Below are positions 24,214 through 34,598 of a DNA stretch of 37,233 nt, in pieces. Source of the DNA: a virus; UHGV virus genome UHGV-1356101; one strand, 5' to 3'. Both the position numbers and the translations under genes were made by a program. The notes beneath the pieces were generated by a model. The model saw only the letters and a program-made list of their open reading frames with translations, was not told the DNA's origin and made no database searches. The first letter of the stretch is position 1. Each line of letters starts with the position of its first letter.

Positions 24214-24495
24214 TTACAGATACATCGCTACTATTCCACCAATCACAGCTCCGATCAGTGCGGTTACTACTACGTCCCACCGTTTAGCCGGTGTCTGCTC
24301 AAGATGCGTCACCTTTGCGGTCAACTGCACAAGGGTCTGGTTCATAAATCCAACCTCCTTGGTCAACCCTACCATTTCTTGCGCCAGTTGATGTACCACA
24401 TTCACAACGTCCTCTGCTTCTTTCATTCGGTGTTTTAATGAGCCGATTTCTTTTCCGTGCTCTGCAAGTTTCACTTCTACTTCATTTTCTGTCAT
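24214..24495 (-). CDS. xhlA: XhlA-family haemolysin-like lysis protein. Start revised to MTENEV at 24495.
   Basis: A GGAGG RBS lies upstream. It has an N-terminal coiled coil and a C-terminal TM helix, as in XhlA. Confidence 0.65.
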   Translation of the reverse strand: MTENEVEVKLAEHGKEIGSLKHRMKEAEDVVNVVHQLAQEMVGLTKEVGFMNQTLVQLTAKVTHLEQTPAKRWDVVVTALIGAVIGGIVAMYL

Positions 24496-24569
24496 GTCTT
24501 TCCTCCGGTTTTTTTTAAGTATAAAAATAAGACCATTACGGTCTTGCCCTAATCTCCATATTCGTTCCT

Positions 24570-27500
24570 TTAGTCTTCCGTAATCCATGTGGTAGACAAA
24601 TGTCGCTCTGTCCAATTTGGATTATTGACATAGATTGTAATTCCACCGTCTTTGCCAATTAGATATCGACCGGTTCCAAAGATCGAGGAGCCGGACACCT
24701 CGTTGTAAGGTGTTCTGATGTCGAGCACCGGGCGATACCCAATAGGGATTCGCACCTCATCAAACGCTCCGAAACTTCCGCTGTTCGGAAACTGCGCAAG
24801 CATTGTGATCTTGCATGTTACCATAAATCCTCTTCTTTTTAGTTCCACGCGGATGTTATTATTGGAGTTTGCACTTGTATATGGACCTTTCACGGTACCG
24901 GAATCGTAATTGCGATACGCATATATGCTTATACGTGGGGATACAGAATTTCTTGCATATATCATTTCATCCTCAAACTGGATTGTCGTTGCTTTTCCCG
25001 TATTTTCATTTGTAAACATGATGTTTTGCAAGTTCACGCTCATAGTAGCTCGATCTGTTGTCGGAGCCTTACCGGAGAAAGCCAAATACGCATTACTCAA
25101 TGACGCAACATTTTCCACTGCTCCTTGCACGATTTTCTTGCTAATAATCTTTCCGGATGTAACATCGATAAGCATTGTTCCATTCTTATCCTTAATAAGT
25201 CCGGCTGTTACAGTTCCAAGATCTGCCGCTATCGCACTTAAAGTCTGTGCGTTTAAGTTATCAACAGAAATATAATGGATCACCCATTTACTTCCATCCC
25301 ACCGCTTGATCGGCTGACCGGAGGCTGTTTGCCATAACTGGCCAACTTCAGGATTCACCGGAGCCGCAGAAGATACAATTATGCCACTTGGCCCTGTAGC
25401 ACCGGTCGCTCCATTATCACCGTATACTCCGATGATACATGGTGCTGATTGATACGTGCTACCATTTGTATAGGTAACAACTTCATAATTCCACAGATAT
25501 TTTTTTGACGCCGTTATTGCTTGTACAGTTGTAGTCCATCCTGATGTGGACGCCGACACACCGCTTCCGCTTGCCGTTGCAAGATAATAATTCGTGATAG
25601 ATTTTATTCCGTTTCCAGTTACCCCTTGTGGCCCCTGGGGACCTGTTGCACCTGCATTCCCTTGAGGTCCTTGTGGACCGGTAGCTCCTGTTGCTCCTTT
25701 GTCTCCGTATATCCCGATTATTTTTGGTGTAGTGGTCGCTGTCGTATTATCTGTAAACGTAAATTTTTCATAGTTCCACAAGTATTTATTTGTTGCTGTC
25801 ATCGTCGGAACTGATGTACTCCAACCGCTTGACGCTGTTGTAATTCCTGTTTTTGCGGAAGAAATCAAATAATATTCTGTAATAGTTTTTATCCCTCTTC
25901 CTGATGTCCCCGCCGGCCCTTGTGGTCCATTATCACCTTGAGGTCCCGTTGCTCCCTGCGCGCCCTGTTTCGATTTCGAAACCGTAAACCGTCTTGTGAT
26001 AGAATTTCCGTTGTATGTTACTTTAATGTCAACCCATCCGTTATCCGTAGATAGAGCGGATACCTTGTAAGTACGTGTACTTAAATCCCATGTACCAGCA
26101 ATTCCGGAAGATTTTGTTACGGTGTAAGTAGCGACTTTTGAAACGTCCTGTGCGCCGTTGTAAACCTGCACTTTTGTAGAGCAATCTATAAAGTTTCCAC
26201 CGTTTCCGTTTGTGTCTGTTGCTACTGTTTGGGAATCGTTGGACAATGTTACTACTAAAGTTTCTATGTCCTCAGGAGCGGGAGACCAGTCTGTGGCTTT
26301 ATTACCCTTTTCAAGTTTGATATTTCGAATTCTCCATTTTTTACCCACTTCATTATTTGATAACATGAAATCTATTTTTCCATTTAAAGATGTAGATGGA
26401 TATTTTAATTTCAATGAATATTTTGCAGGCGTTTTGTTAATTGTTTGATTTTGATCTGGAGTACCAAAATCTGTTTCTAACAAAGCAGTTTCAGCAACAG
26501 TGTCTACCAGATACGCTTCGTAACTCACTATGTATTCAACATTTTTTTCTGGTATAAATTCTTGAACAAATCCAGACCATGTCCCACCAATCGTAACTTC
26601 ACACCATCCATTAACCATCTGGAGAGATTTTGTATTACTACCTTTAATCCAATGGTTAAAAGTATTAAACCCTGTGTTTAATAGTAAATTCCTACCGCCA
26701 ATCTCCAAATTATCCACATCCGTAAGCACAACAACACTCTGCGTATCCAAAGCATTTATAGTCACGTCTGCGCTGTAAAGCGTGCAACGGAGTATTTTCG
26801 CAGTTGCAGTCGGTGTATACTCCTTTGCACTTTCGTTCGCAGATGAGGTGTATTTCACGGAGTATGATGTTCCGTTGGTTGACTCTTCGATTTTAAATCT
26901 ACCATTATATGGTATCCTTGTCGCACTGTCTCCATCTCGATAAAACGACCGGAATGTTATTTTAGATGGTGTTAAAGCTCCGTCTGCACCTTTTTTAATA
27001 GCGGTATCGGACGCTTCCAGGATGTAGCTTCTTGAGTTTGTTCCGTCTTTTCCATTTTCGCCTTTGATTTTTGTCCATGCGTATTTCGTCGGGTCTGTAG
27101 AATCCGCTTGCGTGAAATCTGTATACTGTCCAATATAAAACTTCCCAGCGCTATTCGAAACATCAAACCCTGTCTTTCCATCTGCGCTGTTTGCGTAGGC
27201 GATATGTAAATAACTTGTTTTCCCATCTGCACCATTCTTACCAGCAATTCCCTGATCTCCTTTTACGCCTTGCGATCCTTTAAACTGCGACCAGGTATAT
27301 CTTGCAGGATCTGTAGAATCTTCCTGTACAAAGTCCACATAAGTTCCAATATAAGCAGACGGCGTCTCTGTCATCTGACTGAACGTTGTCGGCTTTGCCA
27401 CAGAAGAATACTTGATGTGGAAATAACTGGTCTTTCCATTCGCACCAGCTGTTCCAGGAATCCCCTGTTCGCCTTTTTCTCCTTGCAGCCCTTGTAGCCC

Positions 27501-29468
27501 ACGTTCCCCCTGTTCTCCTTTTATTTTTGTCCATGTATACTTCGTAGCATCTGTACTATCTGCCTGTGTATAATCCGTGTACTGCCCGATATAGAGCTTA
27601 TTTGTACCATCCGTGGTGGAAAATCCCGTCTTGCCATCTGCACTGTTTGCGTAGGCGATATGTAGATACGGGGTCTTTCCATCAGCTCCCGGCTTTCCGG
27701 GTGTTCCGATCGCCCCGTCTGTGCCTTTGATCTTACTCCATGCGTATTTTGTCGGGTCTGCGCTGTCATTTTGCGCAAAATCAACATACATTCCGATATA
27801 CTCCCTATTACTGTCGGACACGGAAAAATCTGTCCTACCGTCTGCGCTGTTCGCATAGGCGATGTGGGTGTACTGTGTTTTTCCGTCCTTCCCATCTTTT
27901 CCCGGGATTCCCTGATCCCCCTTTGGACCCTGTATACCATCCAATCCCGGAGCGCCTTGTGGTCCCGGAGGTCCCTGTTCGCCTTGCTCTCCTTTCTCAC
28001 CTTGCGGACCCTGTTCCCCGTCTTTTCCGTCCTCTCCATCCATTAAATCTGCAATCGTAACCTCGTAATACCCACGTTTTATCCCATTTTCCAAAGCCTC
28101 AAATGAGTACACTGCTTTTACATCCACATCAGATGCATTTACCGTCACACTCCGTCCGACATAAAACTCCCGTCCATCCTTACTCCACCGGAACTGCAGG
28201 TTGCTTGACACGTCTGTGCCGTTGTTGTAGGCGTAAGCAGTAAGAGTAGTGCTACCGATGCCATTTTTAAAGATAATGCCGTTGTTTGTTGAGATAGAGC
28301 AAGTATAAACCTTATTTTTATTAATAATGTCTTGCATCCTCTGTAATAAGCTGTCTGATATTTCCGATGTCAGCTCTTTGTAGTTTGTAAATACCGTCTT
28401 TGCTGTCTTTGGATTTGTAAGACTGCGCACCTGTTCGGACACTCTCGCCTGTAGATAAAGGACTGGTGTCCACTCCTGATCCTGCATCCTCACGGTGTCC
28501 CCGATGTTGGTGTCAAAATATCCATCCACCTCGTAGGTCACTACTGGTTCGGATGCTGTTTTAAGATCAGTCAGAGCCATGCTATAGAGCTTGTCCTTGC
28601 TGTCTGTATCGTACTCTTTTCGCATCAGGATATAAGCATCAGCCTTATTTACGATATTGGATGGGAACCGGTCTCTTGCCTGTGGTGCCCGGATGATTGC
28701 GCCGTCTGTAAAGTACTCGATATTCCCGTTCTCATCGTATTCTTTTTTGCCCAGTCCATTGATTGTCAGCCCGTCTTTCCCGGTCGGCTGGATGCATGTA
28801 TATAACTTTTCTGCATCCGTGGTCTTACGGATTCCGGTAATTCCTTTCCCGTACCGCAGTACAATGTCATTCCGGTATTCTCCGACTCCGCTGTCTGTAT
28901 CGGAGTGTTTCCGATATACATTTAGGACAATCTCTTTTAAAGAGTAGTCTCTGTTCAGTACTGTCTCAAATTCGATCTCCGCAGAAAAGACATTAGCCAG
29001 AGAAAATAGCCTCTTTAATACAGACGTTGTGCCTGTCCACTCATTGGTGATCCGTTTGTCAGACACCTCATTAAGCCCTAATTTTAGCGTTCTCTCTGCG
29101 TCAAACACGGCAAGGTACTCTTCAAAGCTCATTGCTTTTCCAGCTTTGTATTCCCCTGCATCCTCGTTGATTAACTCAAACGACAGCGACCATGCTGTGG
29201 CAGTAATTGTCTTCTCCGTCTGGTCGGTATTTACAATATTTAAGTAGTAAGATTTACCCTTGCGTGTAAATGCCACCTTGTTTCCAACTGTAACATGTTC
29301 TGCGTCTGGATGTTTGGCGTTTACCGTAAAAGTATAGGTATTCGCTGCTCCCTGTAAGTATTCGTGTAACTCATCATCCCAGTAGTGCATGGATTTTTTA
29401 TGTGCATTATCCATAAATGCTACTGGTGTGTTATTTGCGCTCAGAATCGCAATTCTAATACTGTTCAT
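24570..29468 (-). CDS. Tail-associated lysin / tail fibre (Tal-RBP fusion, 1632 aa). The N-terminus is a Prophage_tail/Tal domain. It is followed by collagen-like Gly-X-Y runs, four ~85-aa tandem modules, a CBM-like middle region, two further collagen plus ~90-aa modules, and a C-terminal receptor-binding head.
   Basis: N-terminus MNSIRIAILSANNTPVAFMDNAHKK...; Gly-X-Y tracts at about 27931..28045 and 25618..25700; repeated YxHIAYANSADGKTGF...YIGQYTDFTQADSTDPTKYAWTKIKG modules. Confidence 0.85.
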   Translation of the reverse strand: MNSIRIAILSANNTPVAFMDNAHKKSMHYWDDELHEYLQGAANTYTFTVNAKHPDAEHVTVGNKVAFTRKGKSYYLNIVNTDQTEKTITATAWSLSFELINEDAGEYKAGKAMSFEEYLAVFDAERTLKLGLNEVSDKRITNEWTGTTSVLKRLFSLANVFSAEIEFETVLNRDYSLKEIVLNVYRKHSDTDSGVGEYRNDIVLRYGKGITGIRKTTDAEKLYTCIQPTGKDGLTINGLGKKEYDENGNIEYFTDGAIIRAPQARDRFPSNIVNKADAYILMRKEYDTDSKDKLYSMALTDLKTASEPVVTYEVDGYFDTNIGDTVRMQDQEWTPVLYLQARVSEQVRSLTNPKTAKTVFTNYKELTSEISDSLLQRMQDIINKNKVYTCSISTNNGIIFKNGIGSTTLTAYAYNNGTDVSSNLQFRWSKDGREFYVGRSVTVNASDVDVKAVYSFEALENGIKRGYYEVTIADLMDGEDGKDGEQGPQGEKGEQGEQGPPGPQGAPGLDGIQGPKGDQGIPGKDGKDGKTQYTHIAYANSADGRTDFSVSDSNREYIGMYVDFAQNDSADPTKYAWSKIKGTDGAIGTPGKPGADGKTPYLHIAYANSADGKTGFSTTDGTNKLYIGQYTDYTQADSTDATKYTWTKIKGEQGERGLQGLQGEKGEQGIPGTAGANGKTSYFHIKYSSVAKPTTFSQMTETPSAYIGTYVDFVQEDSTDPARYTWSQFKGSQGVKGDQGIAGKNGADGKTSYLHIAYANSADGKTGFDVSNSAGKFYIGQYTDFTQADSTDPTKYAWTKIKGENGKDGTNSRSYILEASDTAIKKGADGALTPSKITFRSFYRDGDSATRIPYNGRFKIEESTNGTSYSVKYTSSANESAKEYTPTATAKILRCTLYSADVTINALDTQSVVVLTDVDNLEIGGRNLLLNTGFNTFNHWIKGSNTKSLQMVNGWCEVTIGGTWSGFVQEFIPEKNVEYIVSYEAYLVDTVAETALLETDFGTPDQNQTINKTPAKYSLKLKYPSTSLNGKIDFMLSNNEVGKKWRIRNIKLEKGNKATDWSPAPEDIETLVVTLSNDSQTVATDTNGNGGNFIDCSTKVQVYNGAQDVSKVATYTVTKSSGIAGTWDLSTRTYKVSALSTDNGWVDIKVTYNGNSITRRFTVSKSKQGAQGATGPQGDNGPQGPAGTSGRGIKTITEYYLISSAKTGITTASSGWSTSVPTMTATNKYLWNYEKFTFTDNTTATTTPKIIGIYGDKGATGATGPQGPQGNAGATGPQGPQGVTGNGIKSITNYYLATASGSGVSASTSGWTTTVQAITASKKYLWNYEVVTYTNGSTYQSAPCIIGVYGDNGATGATGPSGIIVSSAAPVNPEVGQLWQTASGQPIKRWDGSKWVIHYISVDNLNAQTLSAIAADLGTVTAGLIKDKNGTMLIDVTSGKIISKKIVQGAVENVASLSNAYLAFSGKAPTTDRATMSVNLQNIMFTNENTGKATTIQFEDEMIYARNSVSPRISIYAYRNYDSGTVKGPYTSANSNNNIRVELKRRGFMVTCKITMLAQFPNSGSFGAFDEVRIPIGYRPVLDIRTPYNEVSGSSIFGTGRYLIGKDGGITIYVNNPNWTERHLSTTWITED
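25300..25915. repeat. Two tandem ~270-bp coding repeats (collagen-like tract plus a GIKxITxYYL...LWNYE module) inside the fibre gene.
   Basis: Peptide repeats GDKGATGATGPQGPQG... and GDNGATGATGPSG; coordinates are approximate. Confidence 0.5.
27020..28045. repeat. Four tandem ~255-bp coding repeats plus collagen-like Gly-X-Y tracts inside the fibre gene.
   Basis: Peptide repeats of the form Y(T/L/F)HIAYANSADG...KIKG, recurring four times; coordinates are approximate. Confidence 0.55.
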
Positions 29469-30949
29469 TACAAGTAAACCTCCCGTATTTTCGCTTTAAT
29501 CTGGGGCGGCGGAGAGGAGAAAGAAGAGTAGCAGAACTGGACTTCCGTTGTCCCCGGTGGAACTTTTGGATAATTGGATCCATTAATCTCATCTCCCTTA
29601 GCCACCATCCCATTAACGTAGACCTTCGTACTCTCCCCGTCTATAGACACCACATCTCCGGCACGATACCGGTTTGGCACATCCTTATACTTATCGACAT
29701 TGTCCTTTCTGAATCGGATGCTTTTTAAATAATTGTGCGTGACGTACTGGTTTGTGAGGTTTCTGTCTCCCCACTGCCCGATCCAGATCTGGATTTTTTC
29801 GCATTCCATATCCTTAATCTCTGGTATGTTTCGCTCCATATAACTTCCATACCAGAAAATCCGCAGCTTTTCTCCCTCTTTTAAAAAGTCATTATGGCAT
29901 CCCATTTTTAGGTTAAACGGATTGCCCTCGTAGGCTGTCGGCTGGAATTCCTCTCGTCTGATTAAGGTGTTCCCTGGGGCAAACCACTCGATACGCGCCG
30001 TATTACCTGTGGCATCACTCTTGTTAATAGACATGGCGCATATCACCTTGTTATCCCCAGTCAGGAATGCAATAGTCTGTGCTCCCGTCTGTCCCATCAA
30101 TCCAGTCTCGAACCAGTGCTGCGTGTAACAGTAAAAGTTCTTTGCCCCACGTCTGCCCTCGCTGTCAACCGGGATAGTAAGCGTTCTCATTCCGCCGTTC
30201 CAGTACCCGGATGTGGATTGTCCACCTTTTAATGCCATGACGTTATATCCGGCAACATTCTTGACTTCGAGTGTTCCTTGTGTTGTGTTTTCCGGATTTT
30301 GATAGGATGTACCGTGATCGTCTTGAAACAAGCCGTAACCGTTAAACAGTTCTTCGGACGCTTCGTAATTCTCTCCGTCCGCCTCTTCCTGTTTTCCGAG
30401 CTGGATCACTCCATACTGGCTCACAAGTCCGATAAATCCGTTTTCGTGCTGGTGCGTGATCTCATAGTCCACGTCACACCATTCGGTGCCGTTGTTTTGG
30501 ATGGTGATGGTCTGGTATCCGTCTTTTTGTACTCCGTCAAAGGAGAATTCTGCGGTAGAGTATGCTACTCCGTCCGGAATGAGCCATGTGATTGTGCCAG
30601 TGCTGTACATATCATCCTCTCCCAGCACCGGTTCCCCATCCACGATTGCTTCATAGTAAATGCTTGGTTCGTCAGAAAAAATCAGTCTCTTTGGTTCTTT
30701 ACTATACAGAATTTCTGACATTTTTCTGCGGAACTCACTGAGTTCCCTTGCCGTAGAGTTTGAAATACGAAACTCCATTACAATCTGTTTTGGAGAGTAC
30801 GTGGAATGCGTAAACTCTCCTCCATTTACATTTTCAATGCTCCTTGTATTATTTGTGATGGAAGGTGATAAGTTCCGGTCAAGTCTTGTAATCTTAACCG
30901 GAATATCCACGCCTCCATAGGTTGCTTTAAGCAAGCCCAACTCTCTCAC
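29468..30949 (-). CDS. Distal tail protein (Dit) with a long C-terminal/insert extension (evolved Dit, likely carbohydrate-binding).
   Basis: 493 aa between the tape measure and Tal genes, with a Dit-like N-terminal ~120 aa. Confidence 0.7.
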   Translation of the reverse strand: MRELGLLKATYGGVDIPVKITRLDRNLSPSITNNTRSIENVNGGEFTHSTYSPKQIVMEFRISNSTARELSEFRRKMSEILYSKEPKRLIFSDEPSIYYEAIVDGEPVLGEDDMYSTGTITWLIPDGVAYSTAEFSFDGVQKDGYQTITIQNNGTEWCDVDYEITHQHENGFIGLVSQYGVIQLGKQEEADGENYEASEELFNGYGLFQDDHGTSYQNPENTTQGTLEVKNVAGYNVMALKGGQSTSGYWNGGMRTLTIPVDSEGRRGAKNFYCYTQHWFETGLMGQTGAQTIAFLTGDNKVICAMSINKSDATGNTARIEWFAPGNTLIRREEFQPTAYEGNPFNLKMGCHNDFLKEGEKLRIFWYGSYMERNIPEIKDMECEKIQIWIGQWGDRNLTNQYVTHNYLKSIRFRKDNVDKYKDVPNRYRAGDVVSIDGESTKVYVNGMVAKGDEINGSNYPKVPPGTTEVQFCYSSFSSPPPQIKAKIREVYL

Positions 30950-33900
30950 CTCCTAATAGTTTCTCGAAATCATCCATCTTTTTTATCATCGGTCTTGCAT
31001 ATCCAACCGTCTGCTGTGCGACAACTCTTCCGTCCAGCGTCGTTGTCAGATTGATATTTAGATTAATATCCTTTTCGCCCATAATCTCCAAGATTGATTC
31101 CTTAATATAGCCTTTTAACGATCTCAGCGGCGTGATTGCTTCTGCTTCTCTTTCCGCAGCACCACCGATTCCTCCCGACGGCATCTGGAATAATGCTGGC
31201 TTCGTAAGGATTCCACCATCTTTAAACCATTTCACGTCCAACATCGGCAGACTCGGTAATAGATCGGACAAATTGATATCTCCAATGCCATTCTCGTACC
31301 CAACTCCACGATAAGCTGCTGCAAGGCTTCCGTACGTAGACACTGCGTATCGAATGGATGCAAGCATATTAGATAGTGGATCGTAGATGTTTTTATCGTA
31401 TCCGGGCATTGCATAGGCTCTAAATGTCGGGTCAATGACCTGCATAAGTCCCTTGGATGGCGTCCCATTAATCGCATTGATATCCCAGTTGTTAATCGCA
31501 TTCGGATTTCCACCGGATTCTGTCTGCATCTGGTATAACAGACGTTCCAAGTTCGCTTCGGAATACTGTCCAGTCATCTGTAATGCCCTTGTGGCTAACG
31601 TTCTCCACTGCTCTACTCCTGCACTTGGATTGTAGTTTACATGTGACTGAGTATCAAATATCCCTTTTACAAAACCAACAACGCTATCAAATACTGTATT
31701 GACAGCACCTTTTGCAACGGATATCCACGGTTCAAACGCTCCCGTTAAATCCGTAAATTTATCAATTGCAATCTGCACGATCTTACTTGGATGCGTGATA
31801 TAATCCCATACATTTCCCGTAAAGTCTTTTACAGTATCCCAGACACCACCGAAAAACTCACCGATTCCACTTGCAAAATGCGGAAGTTCTTCCAGAAAAC
31901 TCTTTGTTTGGTTGGCTGGCATGATTTTCGTTCCTTTTTCCAGTGGCAGAACTACATCTCTTCCTTCTGGAATAAATGGTTTTCCATGTGGTGGAACGAT
32001 CATTTCTTTGTATGTAGAGCCTTTCTGGTCGTTTACGATACCTAGCGTGTCTTTTGGAATGCCACCAGTTCCTCTTGCAAACTTCGGGACTTCCCACAAT
32101 GCAAATTGCTTGTCTGACCCAACTTTGTCGAGCACCCAGTTCACGCCGTTAATCACGCCGTTTACCGCACCACCTATTGGTTTCACAATTGCGTTTGCGA
32201 TTTCTTTCACAATTCCGCCAAGCGTATCCTTGAGCCTGTTAAAACCGTCTTTTATAAATTCCCAAACGGATGAAAAAGCGTCCATAGCTTTCTCTTTGAT
32301 TGAATCCCAAATTCCACCGAGCGTGCCCTTAATGCTGTTCCAGATTACAGTTGCAGTATCCTTGATTCCATTCCAGATACCGGAAAAGAAATTTGCTACA
32401 GGAATAAAAATGGAGCTTGCAGTGTCTTTTATCCAATTCCACGCTTTTTCGAGTGCGAATTTAATCACTTCCCAAACTGTATATATCACAGCGTAGATCG
32501 CATACATCACTGCACCGATTGTTCCCTCAATGAATTTTAGTGGTCCTTCTATGACGTCATAGATCTGCTCCCAGATATCAGCAAAGAAATCCTTAATGCC
32601 GTTCCACACTCCCTGGATTTTTTCCGATATAGAGTCCCATAATCCAGACATCCAATCTTTAAATGCATTCCATTTTTTGGACAGCCAGTCTGTGATATCT
32701 CCCCAGTTTTTTATTACTGCCACAACTGCTGCAACCACTGCAATAATTCCGGCAATAATTCCGGCTACTGGTAATAGCACTCCTGTCAAAAATGCCATTG
32801 CACCTCCAGCCGCTGCTATTCCACCAGCTACAACCGCAAGAATCGGCAGTAATTGCGAAATTACAATTGCAATCCCACCGATTACGACTATAATAGTCTT
32901 GCTTGTTTCAGAAAGACCGCTAAACCACTTTGCAACTTTCTGAATTATAGGAACAAGTGTTTCAAGGATTGGGGCTAATGCTTCTGAAATGGCACTCCCA
33001 AACTCAGCCATAGCCAACTTTACGTTATTTAGCGCAACCGTTTCTTCGTCAATCGGGTCTAAAGTATTGCTGAAAGTCGTTTCCACAGTCCCCTGACTGT
33101 CTGAGGCAGCGCCTCCTAGGTCGTTCAGGTTTAGAACCCCTCTTTGGATGGCATCTACCATCCTCACAGCACCTTTTGTTCCGAATACCTCGGCGGCGGC
33201 GTTTAATGCTTCCGTCTGGTCAGTCGCATTCAAAATTTTATCCTGCGTTTCTGCCAAACCGTCAGTGAGTGATTTCCCGTCTTTTGCATAATTTACCGCT
33301 GCCTTTGATAAGCTGCTTAATGCGGCAGACCCGTCTACTCCTGCCTGCTCAAATGCCCCCAACAGCTTTACTGAGTCCGAGAAACTCAATCCCAATTCTT
33401 GCAGCTGCGGTGCTCCTTCAATCGCTTTCTGAAATAGATCGTCTACAGATACGCCCGTGTCTTGCGCTGTTTTTGCAACATCATCAAGTACGCTGTCTAG
33501 ATCATCACTCGACATGTGGAATACGCTAATCGCCTGTTTTGCATTTTGCGTTGATGCTACCACATCGGATCCAGTAATTTCCGAAAACTTCAACATTTTT
33601 TCAGATGCATGTTGTAATTTTTCATCGGTGAACCCGAACTGCGTATTCATCTCCCCAATTACTTTTCCGATGTTTTCAAGGTTGTCTATCGGAAGGCTGG
33701 ACGCAATGCTTTTATAGACATTATCCATTCCTTCAGCAAGCTTCCCTGTAGCACCTGTCGCTGTTATGATTGCATCAGATCCGGCATCTACCTCATTAAA
33801 TGCTTCTTTTGCGTTGTCACTAAACTCTTTTATCTTCTGCCCTGCATCTGCTATGATTTCAGCGGCTTGCATCATGTTTCCTGCAACAATTCCTTTTCCG

Positions 33901-34586
33901 ATACCGTCCAGTGCTTCTCCTGCCTCACCTGAATTCTTCTTCATCTCGTTCAGGTCGTTGTTCACTTCATCAATACTCGCCCCGTCATCTACCTTATTCA
34001 ATGTAGCTTTCATCTTTGACAGGTCAGTTTCTGCCCCAAGCGCTTTTTTTCCTATTTTGTTGAGTGCAACAGTCAGATCGTCACTGTTTGCAGTTCCATT
34101 TTTTATAGCATTTGTCAGCCTTGTGCCGAGCACGTCCTGAAAATCATCTAGGGACTTTCCGGTTGCTTCAAACAGCGTCTGCAACTGCTTCGTGCTTTCT
34201 TTTAGGGATTTCTGCTCAGTCTCCATTCGACTAATCTGCGTGGTGTAAGATTTTAAATCCTGTTCCGTCTTCGCAATTTCCCTCTGAAATTCTCGGTATT
34301 CTTCCGCTCCGATGTCACCAGATTTGAACTTCTTTTCTACTTCTCCCTGTGCCTGCTTTAAGGCTTCCAGCTTTTCCTTGGTATTTTCGACCTGTTTACT
34401 TAATAACTCCTGTTTCTGTGCAAGCAACTGCGTATTCTTCGGGTCAAATTTTAATAATTTATTTACAGAGCTTAATTCGCTACCAAGACTTTTTGATGTA
34501 TCTTCCGCGGATTTTAAAGCTTTGCTGAGCGCCGTTGTATCCGCACCGAATTTTATTGTGATTCCTTTTATTTTCTTATTCGCCAC
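30927..34586 (-). CDS. Tape measure protein (GTG start) with a C-terminal soluble lytic transglycosylase domain.
   Basis: 1219 aa with an N-terminal coiled coil and a Gly/Ala/Ile-rich TM core. The SLT motif ...MQTESGGNPNAINNW...SKGLMQVIDPTF lies at about 31300..31640. Confidence 0.9.
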   Translation of the reverse strand: MANKKIKGITIKFGADTTALSKALKSAEDTSKSLGSELSSVNKLLKFDPKNTQLLAQKQELLSKQVENTKEKLEALKQAQGEVEKKFKSGDIGAEEYREFQREIAKTEQDLKSYTTQISRMETEQKSLKESTKQLQTLFEATGKSLDDFQDVLGTRLTNAIKNGTANSDDLTVALNKIGKKALGAETDLSKMKATLNKVDDGASIDEVNNDLNEMKKNSGEAGEALDGIGKGIVAGNMMQAAEIIADAGQKIKEFSDNAKEAFNEVDAGSDAIITATGATGKLAEGMDNVYKSIASSLPIDNLENIGKVIGEMNTQFGFTDEKLQHASEKMLKFSEITGSDVVASTQNAKQAISVFHMSSDDLDSVLDDVAKTAQDTGVSVDDLFQKAIEGAPQLQELGLSFSDSVKLLGAFEQAGVDGSAALSSLSKAAVNYAKDGKSLTDGLAETQDKILNATDQTEALNAAAEVFGTKGAVRMVDAIQRGVLNLNDLGGAASDSQGTVETTFSNTLDPIDEETVALNNVKLAMAEFGSAISEALAPILETLVPIIQKVAKWFSGLSETSKTIIVVIGGIAIVISQLLPILAVVAGGIAAAGGAMAFLTGVLLPVAGIIAGIIAVVAAVVAVIKNWGDITDWLSKKWNAFKDWMSGLWDSISEKIQGVWNGIKDFFADIWEQIYDVIEGPLKFIEGTIGAVMYAIYAVIYTVWEVIKFALEKAWNWIKDTASSIFIPVANFFSGIWNGIKDTATVIWNSIKGTLGGIWDSIKEKAMDAFSSVWEFIKDGFNRLKDTLGGIVKEIANAIVKPIGGAVNGVINGVNWVLDKVGSDKQFALWEVPKFARGTGGIPKDTLGIVNDQKGSTYKEMIVPPHGKPFIPEGRDVVLPLEKGTKIMPANQTKSFLEELPHFASGIGEFFGGVWDTVKDFTGNVWDYITHPSKIVQIAIDKFTDLTGAFEPWISVAKGAVNTVFDSVVGFVKGIFDTQSHVNYNPSAGVEQWRTLATRALQMTGQYSEANLERLLYQMQTESGGNPNAINNWDINAINGTPSKGLMQVIDPTFRAYAMPGYDKNIYDPLSNMLASIRYAVSTYGSLAAAYRGVGYENGIGDINLSDLLPSLPMLDVKWFKDGGILTKPALFQMPSGGIGGAAEREAEAITPLRSLKGYIKESILEIMGEKDINLNINLTTTLDGRVVAQQTVGYARPMIKKMDDFEKLLGGERVGLA

Positions 34587-34598
34587 TCTCTCACCTCT

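Noticed and set aside
24570-29468. Diversity-generating retroelement targeting the fibre C-terminus.
   Set aside because: There is no reverse transcriptase ORF and no template-repeat copy of the fibre 3' end anywhere in the window.
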